Of a stretch of 30,728 nt of DNA, positions 1-7,831 are shown piece after piece. The position numbers were made by a program, and so were the translations under genes. The notes below the pieces were generated by a model. The model had not been told where the DNA came from. It worked only from the letters and a program-made list of their open reading frames with translations, and made no database searches. Each line of letters begins with the position of its first letter. Within the stretch, counting starts at the first letter, position 1. The stretch comes from a virus (lineage: Duplodnaviria > Caudoviricetes): the IMG/VR virus record IMGVR_UViG_3300049178_000002, positions 1 to 30,728 of that record. One strand, written 5' to 3'.

Positions 1-154
1 ACACGAGAAGCCACCTGCATTCCTGACCATCGATGACAGGTGCATTCGCTTCACTGGCGTATGGGGAACGATGCTAGAGCCAGAACATCTACGTCAATTC
101 AAACCATGGATAATGGAGGATAACAATGCCGAGCGTATCGAGAGCACAGAATGA
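1..154 (+). CDS. 5'-truncated ORF, probable HAD-superfamily phosphatase C-terminus
   Basis: Frame 2 reads [21 protein letters not shown]...ESTE*. KP-x-A-x-x-x-IDDR resembles HAD motifs III/IV. Its TGA (152-154) overlaps the next ATG (ATGA). Confidence 0.6.
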   Translation, partial: HEKPPAFLTIDDRCIRFTGVWGTMLEPEHLRQFKPWIMEDNNAERIESTE

Positions 155-158
155 GTAA
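126..158 (+). pseudogene. Orphaned 5' remnant ([10 protein letters not shown]) of the gene at 626-814
   Basis: GGAGGATAA (115-123) precedes ATG CCG AGC GTA TCG AGA GCA CAG. These 8 aa are identical to the start of ORF 626-814, which is also preceded by GGAGGATAA. Confidence 0.75.
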
Positions 159-624
159 TCAAGATGAAGTCGATGAACTGAAGCGTATCATCGAGGAAGA
201 GCGCGAGCGAAAGCGTATAGCAAAGAACCTTAGCTCACGTGGCACAGTTGCACGCAGGAAGGAGAACGGCAAGACACAGGCACACTACGATAGGATACGT
301 GCTGATCCTGAACTGTATGAGAAGTTCAAGGAGAAGGCTCGTATACGGGTTGCTCGGCACTACAGCAAGAACTCAGAGAACATACGAAGCAGGTCCAATG
401 AACTGTTCTTGGCACGCAAAGAAGCTGAAGCAGGCCGACCAAAGCCTACAACGTGCGAGGTATGTGGTAGGACAGATGTAATCATGTTCGACCATGACCA
501 CGAGACAGGCAAGTTCCGTGGTTGGCTGTGTAAGAAGTGTAACTCTGCGCTTGGACTGGCTGCCGATAGCCCAGAGATACTAGAGAAGTTGGCCGTGTAT
601 GTAAGAACTCACAAGGGAGGATAA
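151..624 (+). CDS. Endonuclease VII-like HNH endonuclease, probably free-standing homing type
   Basis: CEVCG...[22 protein letters not shown] matches the endonuclease VII signature CxxC..DHDH..G..RG.LC..CN. Basic helical N-terminus. Confidence 0.88.
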   Translation: MSNQDEVDELKRIIEEERERKRIAKNLSSRGTVARRKENGKTQAHYDRIRADPELYEKFKEKARIRVARHYSKNSENIRSRSNELFLARKEAEAGRPKPTTCEVCGRTDVIMFDHDHETGKFRGWLCKKCNSALGLAADSPEILEKLAVYVRTHKGG

Positions 625-625
625 G

Positions 626-814
626 ATGCCTTCGGTGTCCAGGGCGCAACAGAGACTGATGCAGGGGATAGCACACGGGAACATCAAGCCTAAGAAGGGA
701 CAGCCGTCAGTGAAGGTGGCTAAAGACTTCGCTGCGGCAGATCATGCACGCGGTCCGAAGAAGCTGCCTGAGACAACCAACAACCTTGGCAAGCGGATAG
801 TGGATGGCTACTAA
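626..814 (+). CDS. Small basic phage hypothetical protein ([12 protein letters not shown]...)
   Basis: Strong RBS GGGAGG, 62 aa. Resembles a small phage protein type that I recall starting MPS.S.AQ.R.M. Confidence 0.8.
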   Translation: MPSVSRAQQRLMQGIAHGNIKPKKGQPSVKVAKDFAAADHARGPKKLPETTNNLGKRIVDGY

Positions 815-1158
815 TGGACTTCGTGTGCGAAAGCTGCGCCAAGCTCGTGAGGACGTATCCATCAGAGAGTGGCTCACAGCAGATGTGCTATCTATGCACA
901 TTCTACAGCGAAACGGAGATGGGAGTATGGAGATCATTCACGGAGGCAAGACAGACGAGGCTGTGGCTGAACTTGGAGCCACAACTGGATATGGTCCTTT
1001 TAGTAAGTTCAATACACCTGCGTCCCCAATACTCTTTCCTGTTGGAGAGCGACGTGTTGGATGGGAGATGCGGAATGGTGCGTTTCAGCGCACCAACTCG
1101 CACAAGGCTATTATCCGGCTCAATCAGAAAGGAGATAACGCACAACTCCTTAACATAG
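814..1158 (+). CDS. Possible small Zn-finger protein overlapping the next gene
   Basis: TAATG coupling to the upstream stop; CESC-x16-CYLC. Overlaps the DUF932-like gene by about 230 nt, so uncertain. Confidence 0.3.
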   Translation: MDFVCESCAKLVRTYPSESGSQQMCYLCTFYSETEMGVWRSFTEARQTRLWLNLEPQLDMVLLVSSIHLRPQYSFLLESDVLDGRCGMVRFSAPTRTRLLSGSIRKEITHNSLT

Positions 1159-1871
1159 TTGGAGCCAACTACAAGATCGTTCACAACCGAGAGCTTTTCC
1201 ACATTGTGGAAGAAGCTATGACCAATCAGATGCTGCCTGAGCATCTCAAGGATGTGCATGTCACAGACAAGGTGGCAGGCTTCGGTCGTGTGTGCTTCCG
1301 TGAGTATGTGTTCCCATCCATTAGGTGTCGCATCCCGTCTGCACGGAGTGACATTGGCTTTCGGATCATAGTGCAGAATGGCTACGGCGGCAGTGCGCTA
1401 CGCATCCATACAGGAGCCATAGACTTCTACTGCTCAAATGGCATGATACGAGGTGAATACGTGAGTGCATACAAGAAGCACAGTAGTCGTCTCGTCGTGA
1501 CTGGCCTCGACAACTTGGTTACCAAAGCACTCATGCAGTTCACTGAGAGTGAAGTGGTGTGGCAACGATGGGTGCGGACAGGTGTGCAACACGCTGCTGC
1601 TATGGCACTGTTTGAGAAGATAGCAGAGAGTGCCAAGATGAAGGAGGGTCTGCTTGAGCAGTATGAGCGTGAACAGGATGCGCGTGGTAAGAACTTGTGG
1701 TCTGTCTACTCCACACTGACCTACTACGCTTCACACGCAGATGGTGCATTCAACTTCCGTCGCACTGTAGACGAACAGGACACTAAAGCATCCATCATGC
1801 TCAAGCGTGAATTGGCTGTGTCACGTTGGACACAATCGCCAGAATGGCAAGCATTGGAAACCGTAACTTGA
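927..1871 (+). CDS. DUF932-like phage/plasmid protein
   Basis: IVGANYKIVHNRELF and IIVQNGYGGS...FYCSNGM resemble DUF932 motifs (V...Y..V.N; N..DGS...C.NG). ATG 927 has RBS GGGAG; the frame is open from 804. Confidence 0.7.
   Translation: MEIIHGGKTDEAVAELGATTGYGPFSKFNTPASPILFPVGERRVGWEMRNGAFQRTNSHKAIIRLNQKGDNAQLLNIVGANYKIVHNRELFHIVEEAMTNQMLPEHLKDVHVTDKVAGFGRVCFREYVFPSIRCRIPSARSDIGFRIIVQNGYGGSALRIHTGAIDFYCSNGMIRGEYVSAYKKHSSRLVVTGLDNLVTKALMQFTESEVVWQRWVRTGVQHAAAMALFEKIAESAKMKEGLLEQYEREQDARGKNLWSVYSTLTYYASHADGAFNFRRTVDEQDTKASIMLKRELAVSRWTQSPEWQALETVT
1197..1211. repeat. Palindrome copy 1, TTCCACATTGTGGAA (inside CDS, reads FHIVE)
   Basis: Exact 13-bp core TCCACATTGTGGA. Confidence 0.95.
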
Positions 1872-1896
1872 CAAAGGGGTAATAATGCTTTATACT
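1868..1896 (+). promoter_or_regulatory. Near-consensus sigma70 promoter
   Basis: TTGACA (1868-1873), 17-bp spacer, TATACT (1891-1896). Confidence 0.85.
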
Positions 1897-1926
1897 GAAC
1901 AGATAATCGCAGAAGGAGACGAGCAA

Positions 1927-2427
1927 GTGGAGGGCCAATCTCCACATTGTGGAAACGATGATGATGGAGCAAATGAGATGCTAACTCAACGCGCCAGAAC
2001 GAAGCTGATTGACGACATTAACACAGGCTTCGCGAGCCTTGGATTGACTGTCGGCAAGATGCCGCGTAGCACCAAGAACAACGAAGGAGCAGCTTGGGAA
2101 TATTGGATTGCGTCGCACTTGTATACGTTGGCAAAGGCGCGACGCGAGGAAGCCAAGAAGTCAGCTATTGCGTCGGGTGTGTTCTTCGATGATGAAGACC
2201 CGGCCAAATGGCGTCAGCCTGGGACAAATGATGAAATCTTCCGTGGCAACGTAGTGTCTATCGGGCTGAAGGTGTCTAAGCCACGCTACACGTTGGACAA
2301 GAATGCACTCGTTGCATCCTTGCTCAACGACAAGGTATCCAAGACAGTGATTGGCCGTGCCTTGGATAGTGCGTCAAAGGAAGGCAAGCCTGGACATGCC
2401 TTCACGGCCATTGTTCTAGCCAAGTGA
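1927..2427 (+). CDS. Hypothetical early protein
   Basis: The ORF-track start (1885) lies inside the promoter. GTG 1927 (RBS AAGGAG) or ATG 1978 (RBS GGAG) is more likely. Confidence 0.75.
   Translation: MEGQSPHCGNDDDGANEMLTQRARTKLIDDINTGFASLGLTVGKMPRSTKNNEGAAWEYWIASHLYTLAKARREEAKKSAIASGVFFDDEDPAKWRQPGTNDEIFRGNVVSIGLKVSKPRYTLDKNALVASLLNDKVSKTVIGRALDSASKEGKPGHAFTAIVLAK
1940..1954. repeat. Palindrome copy 2, CTCCACATTGTGGAA, about 45 bp downstream of the -10 box
   Basis: Exact 13-bp core. Confidence 0.95.
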
Positions 2428-2441
2428 CTTGACGAAGCATC

Positions 2442-2472
2442 GCACCATGTTCCACATTGTGGAACGTGGTGC
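2442..2472. repeat. Palindrome copy 3 (2450-2464) within an extended intergenic inverted repeat
   Basis: GCACCATG-TTCCACATTGTGGAA-CGTGGTGC, with one T-G pair. TTGACG lies at 2429-2434 upstream. Confidence 0.95.
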
Positions 2473-2494
2473 TTTGCATTAGGAGGTCCAATCA

Positions 2495-2722
2495 GTGGGG
2501 GTTGTATTGAATGCAGTTGACAGGATCATACCGAAACGAGAGGAGCAGGATTACAATGGACACCGAATAGTCTTGGAGTTCGATCCAAACGCACCACCTG
2601 AGAAGCGGTGGATGTGGCGTGCAACCATCACTCGTCACTACGACTACTACGGCGGTGCAGAAAGCATCGCAGCAGCACGCAATGCAGCACGTAGGCAGAT
2701 ACGGAAGGTGACAGGTGAATAA
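2495..2722 (+). CDS. Hypothetical protein
   Basis: RBS AGGAGG (2481-2486), GTG start, 75 aa. Confidence 0.75.
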   Translation: MGVVLNAVDRIIPKREEQDYNGHRIVLEFDPNAPPEKRWMWRATITRHYDYYGGAESIAAARNAARRQIRKVTGE

Positions 2723-3062
2723 CGATGTAGACGTAGACCAATACGACACGCCAACTGAGCGTGCCGCAATCAATCGTCTGTCTATAGACGCATTAGATGC
2801 GTGGCTCGAACAGATACGTGAGCGTAGATTGCAGACTGTGCGTAAGCTGGAAGCAGCAGCGAAGGTGCGTGCAGATCAGGTGCGGCTTGAAGCATGGCTA
2901 CGCTTTCAGAAGCAGCACGAACGAGCTAAGCGTTCTCTGGCAAAGCTCGATGAAGCACTAGCAAGAGCAGAGGAGCAGGTGCATAAGGCAAGGCTGTTGG
3001 CTATGGCTGCTGAATTGGAAGTCCAACAGGAGGTTGAAGATGCCGATGTCACCGTATGTTAG
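2715..3062 (+). CDS. Hypothetical coiled-coil protein
   Basis: Overlaps the upstream stop; helical and rich in A/E/R/L. Confidence 0.75.
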   Translation: MNNDVDVDQYDTPTERAAINRLSIDALDAWLEQIRERRLQTVRKLEAAAKVRADQVRLEAWLRFQKQHERAKRSLAKLDEALARAEEQVHKARLLAMAAELEVQQEVEDADVTVC

Positions 3063-3321
3063 ACGGGGGCCTGTGCGTGCCAGGGACTTGCGCGCAAACA
3101 TCCAAGAGATGGGCTTTGAACAAGGTGTGGTCCACACTGTGGAACACTTGTTGGAAGAACACCAAGAGGACAGACAACATTTGCGTGAGATGGCGCAATT
3201 ACTCGATCAGTGCATCGACCAAGTGACACAGATGGTGAATGTGGGCACTGGTATGCAACAGAAGCTGATCGAGATGCAGCGTCTACGTGATCAGAGTGAG
3301 GGCCTCGACAATGCAGATTGA
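3040..3321 (+). CDS. Hypothetical helical protein
   Basis: AGGAGG (3028-3033) precedes ATG 3040. Confidence 0.7.
   Translation: MPMSPYVRRGPVRARDLRANIQEMGFEQGVVHTVEHLLEEHQEDRQHLREMAQLLDQCIDQVTQMVNVGTGMQQKLIEMQRLRDQSEGLDNAD
3130..3144. repeat. Palindrome variant GTCCACACTGTGGAA (central base C), inside CDS
   Basis: Both TCCACA half-sites are intact. Confidence 0.75.
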
Positions 3322-4414
3322 AGGCACTCACCGCGCAGATATTCGTATGGCCACAGAAGCAGATGTAGACTTGCCAACCTACGATCATACCAAGTTGTCT
3401 GCACTCAACACATGCCCAACATGGGGCATCCTTCGATACCAGATGCACAAGGCCATGCCTGGACGTGGCCGTGCATTGGCACTCGAAGCAGGACATGCGA
3501 TGCACGAGGTCTTCGCACTGGTCCGTTTGGCAACGCTCATGTCACAGTTGGAAGACGGGGGCAAAGACAGAACGTTCCTTGACCAACTCTACAACTACCA
3601 CGGCACTCGACTGTTCGGACTGGAGCGGATGGAGTTCCTCACCGATGCAATAAAGGATGCAGAAGATGTTGTGGACGTGTGCAAGCGTGGCGCCATATCA
3701 CTGCTTGACACCAGTGGCTTCTACGACGATCCGCGAGACAAGAGACGCACTCTCTCCAATATGGAGGAATGTGCCTACGCATATATCAATCGGTGGCGTT
3801 GGGATCATCCTGTTTGGGTCCGTAATCGCGACGACCCTGTGGGTGATATTGGTGTGGAAATTCCATTTGATCTCGTTGTCACCATCTCTAGTGATCCGCC
3901 TCTTTCTTTCAGGTTCACTGGGAGGATTGATGGCATACATTATGACACACTCAACAGGCTAACAGTCCACGACAATAAGACAGCATCGCGCCTCGGCGAT
4001 GCGTGGACGATGGCTCAGGAGGTCAGTCATCAATACACTGGATATTGTGTAGCAGCGAGTGTGTTTACACAACAGTTGGTAGCACGATGTGACGTATTAG
4101 GACTTGCCATTCCACTGCCAAGAGCGTATGACTACGGTGGCTTTGCTCGCGAAGGCATGGCCCGAGAAGAACATCACATCCAACGCTGGTTGGAATGGCT
4201 CGTCCACAGCGTGGGCATGTGTAGGGAGTGGGCGAACGATCCATACCATGCACCGAAGTATACGCATTCGTGCAATCGCTACTTCAGGCCATGTTCATTC
4301 ATCCCGTTCTGCTACGCTCCGTGGGATGAGCAGTTCCACATTGTGGAACAGATGGAGCATGATGAATGGTCGCCACTGAACAAGGAGGTTCTCGAAGGAG
4401 TAGGAGGCGAGTAA
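3311..4414 (+). CDS. PD-(D/E)XK exonuclease, Cas4/RecB-like with probable Fe-S cysteines
   Basis: TGRIDGI...VHDNKT catalytic motif; GHAMHE motif; N-terminal TCP and C-terminal C-x6-C-x5-C cysteine cluster. Confidence 0.85.
   Translation: MQIEGTHRADIRMATEADVDLPTYDHTKLSALNTCPTWGILRYQMHKAMPGRGRALALEAGHAMHEVFALVRLATLMSQLEDGGKDRTFLDQLYNYHGTRLFGLERMEFLTDAIKDAEDVVDVCKRGAISLLDTSGFYDDPRDKRRTLSNMEECAYAYINRWRWDHPVWVRNRDDPVGDIGVEIPFDLVVTISSDPPLSFRFTGRIDGIHYDTLNRLTVHDNKTASRLGDAWTMAQEVSHQYTGYCVAASVFTQQLVARCDVLGLAIPLPRAYDYGGFAREGMAREEHHIQRWLEWLVHSVGMCREWANDPYHAPKYTHSCNRYFRPCSFIPFCYAPWDEQFHIVEQMEHDEWSPLNKEVLEGVGGE
4333..4349. repeat. Palindrome copy 4, GTTCCACATTGTGGAAC (inside CDS, reads FHIVE)
   Basis: Exact core. 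Confidence 0.95.
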
Positions 4415-4443
4415 CATGCAAACTAACCAAGTGGAGAATTGGG

Positions 4444-4605
4444 ATGGACGAGATAGAGTTCCGCGCAGCATACAACGAAGCAGTTACCGCAGCAGGCAAG
4501 CAGCCAAGCATAGAACTGCACCGCGCACTCATGCTCATCTTGCAGATGTTGAACTCACACGAGGAACGCATTGGCGAGTTACAGGAGCAGGGGGAGGACT
4601 GCTAG
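4444..4605 (+). CDS. Small hypothetical protein (MDEIEFRAAY...)
   Basis: GGAG RBS; fills the gap; stop abuts the next start. Confidence 0.6.
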   Translation: MDEIEFRAAYNEAVTAAGKQPSIELHRALMLILQMLNSHEERIGELQEQGEDC

Positions 4606-5424
4606 TTGTCTGCAACCGTAACCACACCAAAGTTCTCCGACCCCGTGGCGGAGGCTGCACGTATATTCTTGTTGGTGTGGGGTGATAGTGGTTGTGGCAA
4701 GACTACACTTGCAGCCACTGCACCCGGAACCAAGGTGTGGATACAGTTCGATCCACAGGGAACGACCAGTATCGCACATCGCAAAGACTACAAGATGCTG
4801 GACTTGTCTGGTGCCACTGCCAACAGTGTTATGATAGAGTTCAACAAGCCTGATCCTTACAACATCAGGCGATGGTTGGACGCTAACCCTGACGTGCAGA
4901 CTGTGGTTGTGGACAGTGCCACGACACTTGCGTTCCTAGCATTGCAGTATGCTGTGACGCGAGCAGGTGGCTCGTCCAATATCGACGTGCCTGGGATGAA
5001 TGGCTATGGCACACGCAACAACGTCATGCGTCGTGTCATCACATCCATCATGCAGGCATGTGCAGAGAAGGGTAAGCACCTTATCGTCATCACGCATGAG
5101 GGTGCGCCAGACAAGGACACAGCAGGCAACACAACGTCTATCACGATGGCGTTGTCATCGAACCTTGCCAACGACGTGTCACTACGCTTCAATGAAGTGT
5201 GGTGGATGAAGGACAGTGGCAAGGACCACACGATATACGTCCGTCCGTGGGGTGTGTATCGTCCGATGAAGTCACGGATGTTCCAGACAGGTGCAGCCAA
5301 CTCGTTTGTCTGGGACTTCGATGCTGACACACTGGCCGGTGCTGGTATCTCCGACTGGTGGGCAGACTGGCAAGCCAATGGCAATCGTAAGATTGCATTG
5401 CCAGTGAAAGGAGGCAAAAAATAG
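4606..5424 (+). CDS. AAA_24 / Sak4-like P-loop ATPase (putative recombinase)
   Basis: LLVWGDSGCGKTT Walker A, VVVDS Walker B, LIVITHE. TTG start with GGGGAGG RBS; lies between the exonuclease and SSB-like genes. Confidence 0.85.
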   Translation: MSATVTTPKFSDPVAEAARIFLLVWGDSGCGKTTLAATAPGTKVWIQFDPQGTTSIAHRKDYKMLDLSGATANSVMIEFNKPDPYNIRRWLDANPDVQTVVVDSATTLAFLALQYAVTRAGGSSNIDVPGMNGYGTRNNVMRRVITSIMQACAEKGKHLIVITHEGAPDKDTAGNTTSITMALSSNLANDVSLRFNEVWWMKDSGKDHTIYVRPWGVYRPMKSRMFQTGAANSFVWDFDADTLAGAGISDWWADWQANGNRKIALPVKGGKK

Positions 5425-5450
5425 GCCCTCTCCACATTGTGGAAAGGGCC
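5424..5450. repeat. Palindrome copy 5 (5430-5444) in an extended hairpin; terminator-like on the - strand
   Basis: GGCCCT-CTCCACATTGTGGAA-AGGGCC. On the - strand it is followed by TATTTTTT. Confidence 0.9.
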
Positions 5451-5540
5451 GAAAGGCTTACACATGCAAGGCTACCAAGCGGCCAAGGAGACTTGTCCGC
5501 TTGGGAGATATACTCGTTTCATCCGAGGAGATCAAGCCCC

Positions 5541-5960
5541 ATGAGTGGGAGCCAGCAGTCTATCATTCGCTTTAGCCAGGACATCGCCACTGCCGAAGCA
5601 CCGCCACCACTTCCTGCACGCACGTATCGTGCCGAAGTCATCGGTGCATTCATTCGGCCGGCGCAGAGTTCTGGCGTCAATTACCTGAACTTGCAGTTCC
5701 GCATTCCAGCGGAAGAATACCCTGCTGATTATCCTGATGGTGACCCGGATGGCACCGTGCTTTACTACAATCGTTTGCGTGCGACTGACACGCCTACTGA
5801 CCGCCATCGTTGGCGGGTGTTGATGGAGAAGATTGGTGGGCCTCTCGGTATGGAGGTTGACTGCAATGCCCTCATTGGTCTGTGGGGCAACGTCGAGGTA
5901 GTCCACCAGATGTATGAGGGTGAGAACCGCGCGTCGATTGCGCGCATTCTTTCTCCGTAA
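5541..5960 (+). CDS. DUF669-like / putative single-stranded DNA-binding protein
   Basis: RBS GAGGAG before ATG 5541. PLPARTYRAEV...SGVNYLNLQFRI pattern and position after a Sak4-like ATPase. Confidence 0.6.
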   Translation: MSGSQQSIIRFSQDIATAEAPPPLPARTYRAEVIGAFIRPAQSSGVNYLNLQFRIPAEEYPADYPDGDPDGTVLYYNRLRATDTPTDRHRWRVLMEKIGGPLGMEVDCNALIGLWGNVEVVHQMYEGENRASIARILSP

Positions 5961-5976
5961 TTTGCGGCACGCACGG

Positions 5977-6005
5977 TTGCATTCAGTAGCCGTGCGTGCT
6001 ACTAT
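5977..6005 (+). promoter_or_regulatory. sigma70 promoter with extended -10, embedded in an inverted repeat (5967-5999)
   Basis: TTGCAT, 17-bp spacer, TACTAT with TG at 5997-5998. Arms GCACGCACGG / CCGTGCGTGC. Confidence 0.65.
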
Positions 6006-6040
6006 CTTCTGTCGTCAACACAATACCGAGGGAGAAGCCC

Positions 6041-6394
6041 ATGTCAGGGCAAATTACTCAGGCTCCACGTCCCGCACAGCCGCAGGCTGGCAATGGACAG
6101 CAGGCAACGAACATGCCTGCCGCAGAGCCTGCAACGCCTAAGCGTAAGCGCACCCGCAGCACGCCGGTCGCGCGTCCTGCATACGTCATCGTGCAGATGC
6201 TTGGTGAGGATGGCCAGCCGATGGCCTTCGACAAGAAGCGTGTCAAGATTATCGCTGTCGAGCGCAGCCCTGAGAAGGTGCTGGAAGCCGTCGAGAGCGG
6301 TGAGCTTTCCAACGTATTCTATCTGCGTGTGGTGGTCCCGGCAGGTTCCAGAGCCGGTTCACCGAACAAGCCGAAGGATGCAGCCGCAGCGTAG
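6041..6394 (+). CDS. Hypothetical protein with a basic KRKRTR patch (possible DNA-binding)
   Basis: RBS GAGGGAG, ATG 6041, 117 aa. Confidence 0.75.
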   Translation: MSGQITQAPRPAQPQAGNGQQATNMPAAEPATPKRKRTRSTPVARPAYVIVQMLGEDGQPMAFDKKRVKIIAVERSPEKVLEAVESGELSNVFYLRVVVPAGSRAGSPNKPKDAAAA

Positions 6395-6421
6395 CCCCTG
6401 CTAGTGCTGTGCTGCTAAGGG

Positions 6422-6468
6422 CGAGCCGTCTTTCCACATTGTGGAGAGGCGGCTCGTTCTGTTTCTGA
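6422..6468 (+). terminator. Intrinsic-terminator-like hairpin whose apex is palindrome copy 6 (6432-6446)
   Basis: CGAGCCGTCT-TTCCACATTGTGGAG-AGGCGGCTCG followed by TTCTGTTTCT. The two non-Watson-Crick pairs are G-U on the + RNA. Confidence 0.75.
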
Positions 6469-6491
6469 CTTACGGTGTATAGGGAAACGAC

Positions 6492-7829
6492 ATGCCAGAC
6501 GTTGATCTGAATGAAATGTTCAGCCTGCCCTCGCCAGTCGTGTGGGACGACGCACAGGAGCAGGCCATACAGACGTGCTGTGATGTGTCAAAGCGTATCG
6601 TGGCTGTGACTGGTGGTGCAGGCACAGGCAAGACTGTGATGATGCGTGAGGTAGCCAAACGTCTCGAAGCAGCAGGCTACGACGTGCAGGCTAGTGGACC
6701 TACAGGCAAGAGTGCCAAACGTATCTATGAGGCTACGGGCCTGCGTGCCATGACCAACCATCGACTGCTTGGTTATGGTATGCCACGTGAAGTGGAAGCA
6801 GAAGACGAGAAGACTGGTGACAAGAAGATCATCACGGTGTCCACTGGTCCACGCTACAAGCCAGGACAGCCACTACCACATGACACGTTGTTGTGTGACG
6901 AGTATGCAATGGTCAATCAGGAGATCAACCGCAACCTGATCGACGCATTGCGTGCTGGTGCGCGTATCTGCATGTTCGGTGACGTGAACCAACTCAAGCC
7001 GATTGAGGAGGATCGTAGACTAGATGAGCAACCATCGGCATTCCAGAATGCACTACAGAAGTTTGGTGGGATCACCCTCGACGTTATCCATCGACACGAC
7101 GCAGGCTCTGGAATTGCTCGCAATGGTTCACTCATTCTGCAAGGAAGGATGCCCCGTCAGTCTGACGACTTCAAGATCAGGCAAACAGATCAGCCTGTCC
7201 GTGACGTGCAAGAGTTCATCGAACTGTGTGGCAAGGAAGGACATTCATACGCGGATACAGACCATCAAATAGTCACATGCCAGAACAAGTCATGGATTGG
7301 CACACAGCGTTTGAACCTAGTGATCCAGTCCATGTTCTGGGATCGCACACGTCCATTCATTGACTTGCCACGCTACAAGATCGCTGGCGAAGATCGTCCA
7401 CCCATTCGTGTGCAAGTGGGAAGCAAGGTTGTCTACACAGCCAACTCCTACGACCTGGACGGTAGTGGAACCACTTACGCATTCAATGGCGAAGTGGGCA
7501 TCGTGGTAGACATCAACCACGCAGAAGCCAGCGTAGAGATCGACTTCGGTGATCGCACTGTTGTCGTGCCACCACTTGTCATTATCGTGCGTGATAATGG
7601 ACAGGTGATCGAGAGTGACCCACGCCGCAATATCGACTTGGCGTATGTCCTGACTACGCACAAGATGCAAGGATCGGAGGTGAAGCATGTATGCTACGTT
7701 CTGAATAGTTCCACATTGTGGAGCCAGTCGCGGCGTAACTTCTACACTGCGATTACACGGGCACGCGAACGCTGCACAGTGTTCTGCGATCCCAAGTCAC
7801 TAGCGAAGTCAACAAGGTATGCAGGATAA
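6492..7829 (+). CDS. RecD/Dda-like SF1B DNA helicase
   Basis: GGAGTGKT, LLCDEYAMV, FGDVNQLKPI, AYVLTTHKMQGSE and YTAITRAR motifs. Confidence 0.92.
   Translation: MPDVDLNEMFSLPSPVVWDDAQEQAIQTCCDVSKRIVAVTGGAGTGKTVMMREVAKRLEAAGYDVQASGPTGKSAKRIYEATGLRAMTNHRLLGYGMPREVEAEDEKTGDKKIITVSTGPRYKPGQPLPHDTLLCDEYAMVNQEINRNLIDALRAGARICMFGDVNQLKPIEEDRRLDEQPSAFQNALQKFGGITLDVIHRHDAGSGIARNGSLILQGRMPRQSDDFKIRQTDQPVRDVQEFIELCGKEGHSYADTDHQIVTCQNKSWIGTQRLNLVIQSMFWDRTRPFIDLPRYKIAGEDRPPIRVQVGSKVVYTANSYDLDGSGTTYAFNGEVGIVVDINHAEASVEIDFGDRTVVVPPLVIIVRDNGQVIESDPRRNIDLAYVLTTHKMQGSEVKHVCYVLNSSTLWSQSRRNFYTAITRARERCTVFCDPKSLAKSTRYAG
7709..7723. repeat. Palindrome copy 7, TTCCACATTGTGGAG (inside helicase CDS, reads STLW)
   Basis: Exact core, in a different reading frame from copies 1 and 4. 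Confidence 0.95.
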
Positions 7830-7831
7830 TC

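Noticed and set aside
1885-1926. ATG 1885 as gene start
   Set aside because: It lies between the -35 and -10 boxes of a near-consensus promoter, so it would not be transcribed from it.
5439-5540. N-terminal extension of the SSB-like ORF from GTG 5439
   Set aside because: The start lies inside the palindrome hairpin with no RBS; ATG 5541 has GAGGAG.
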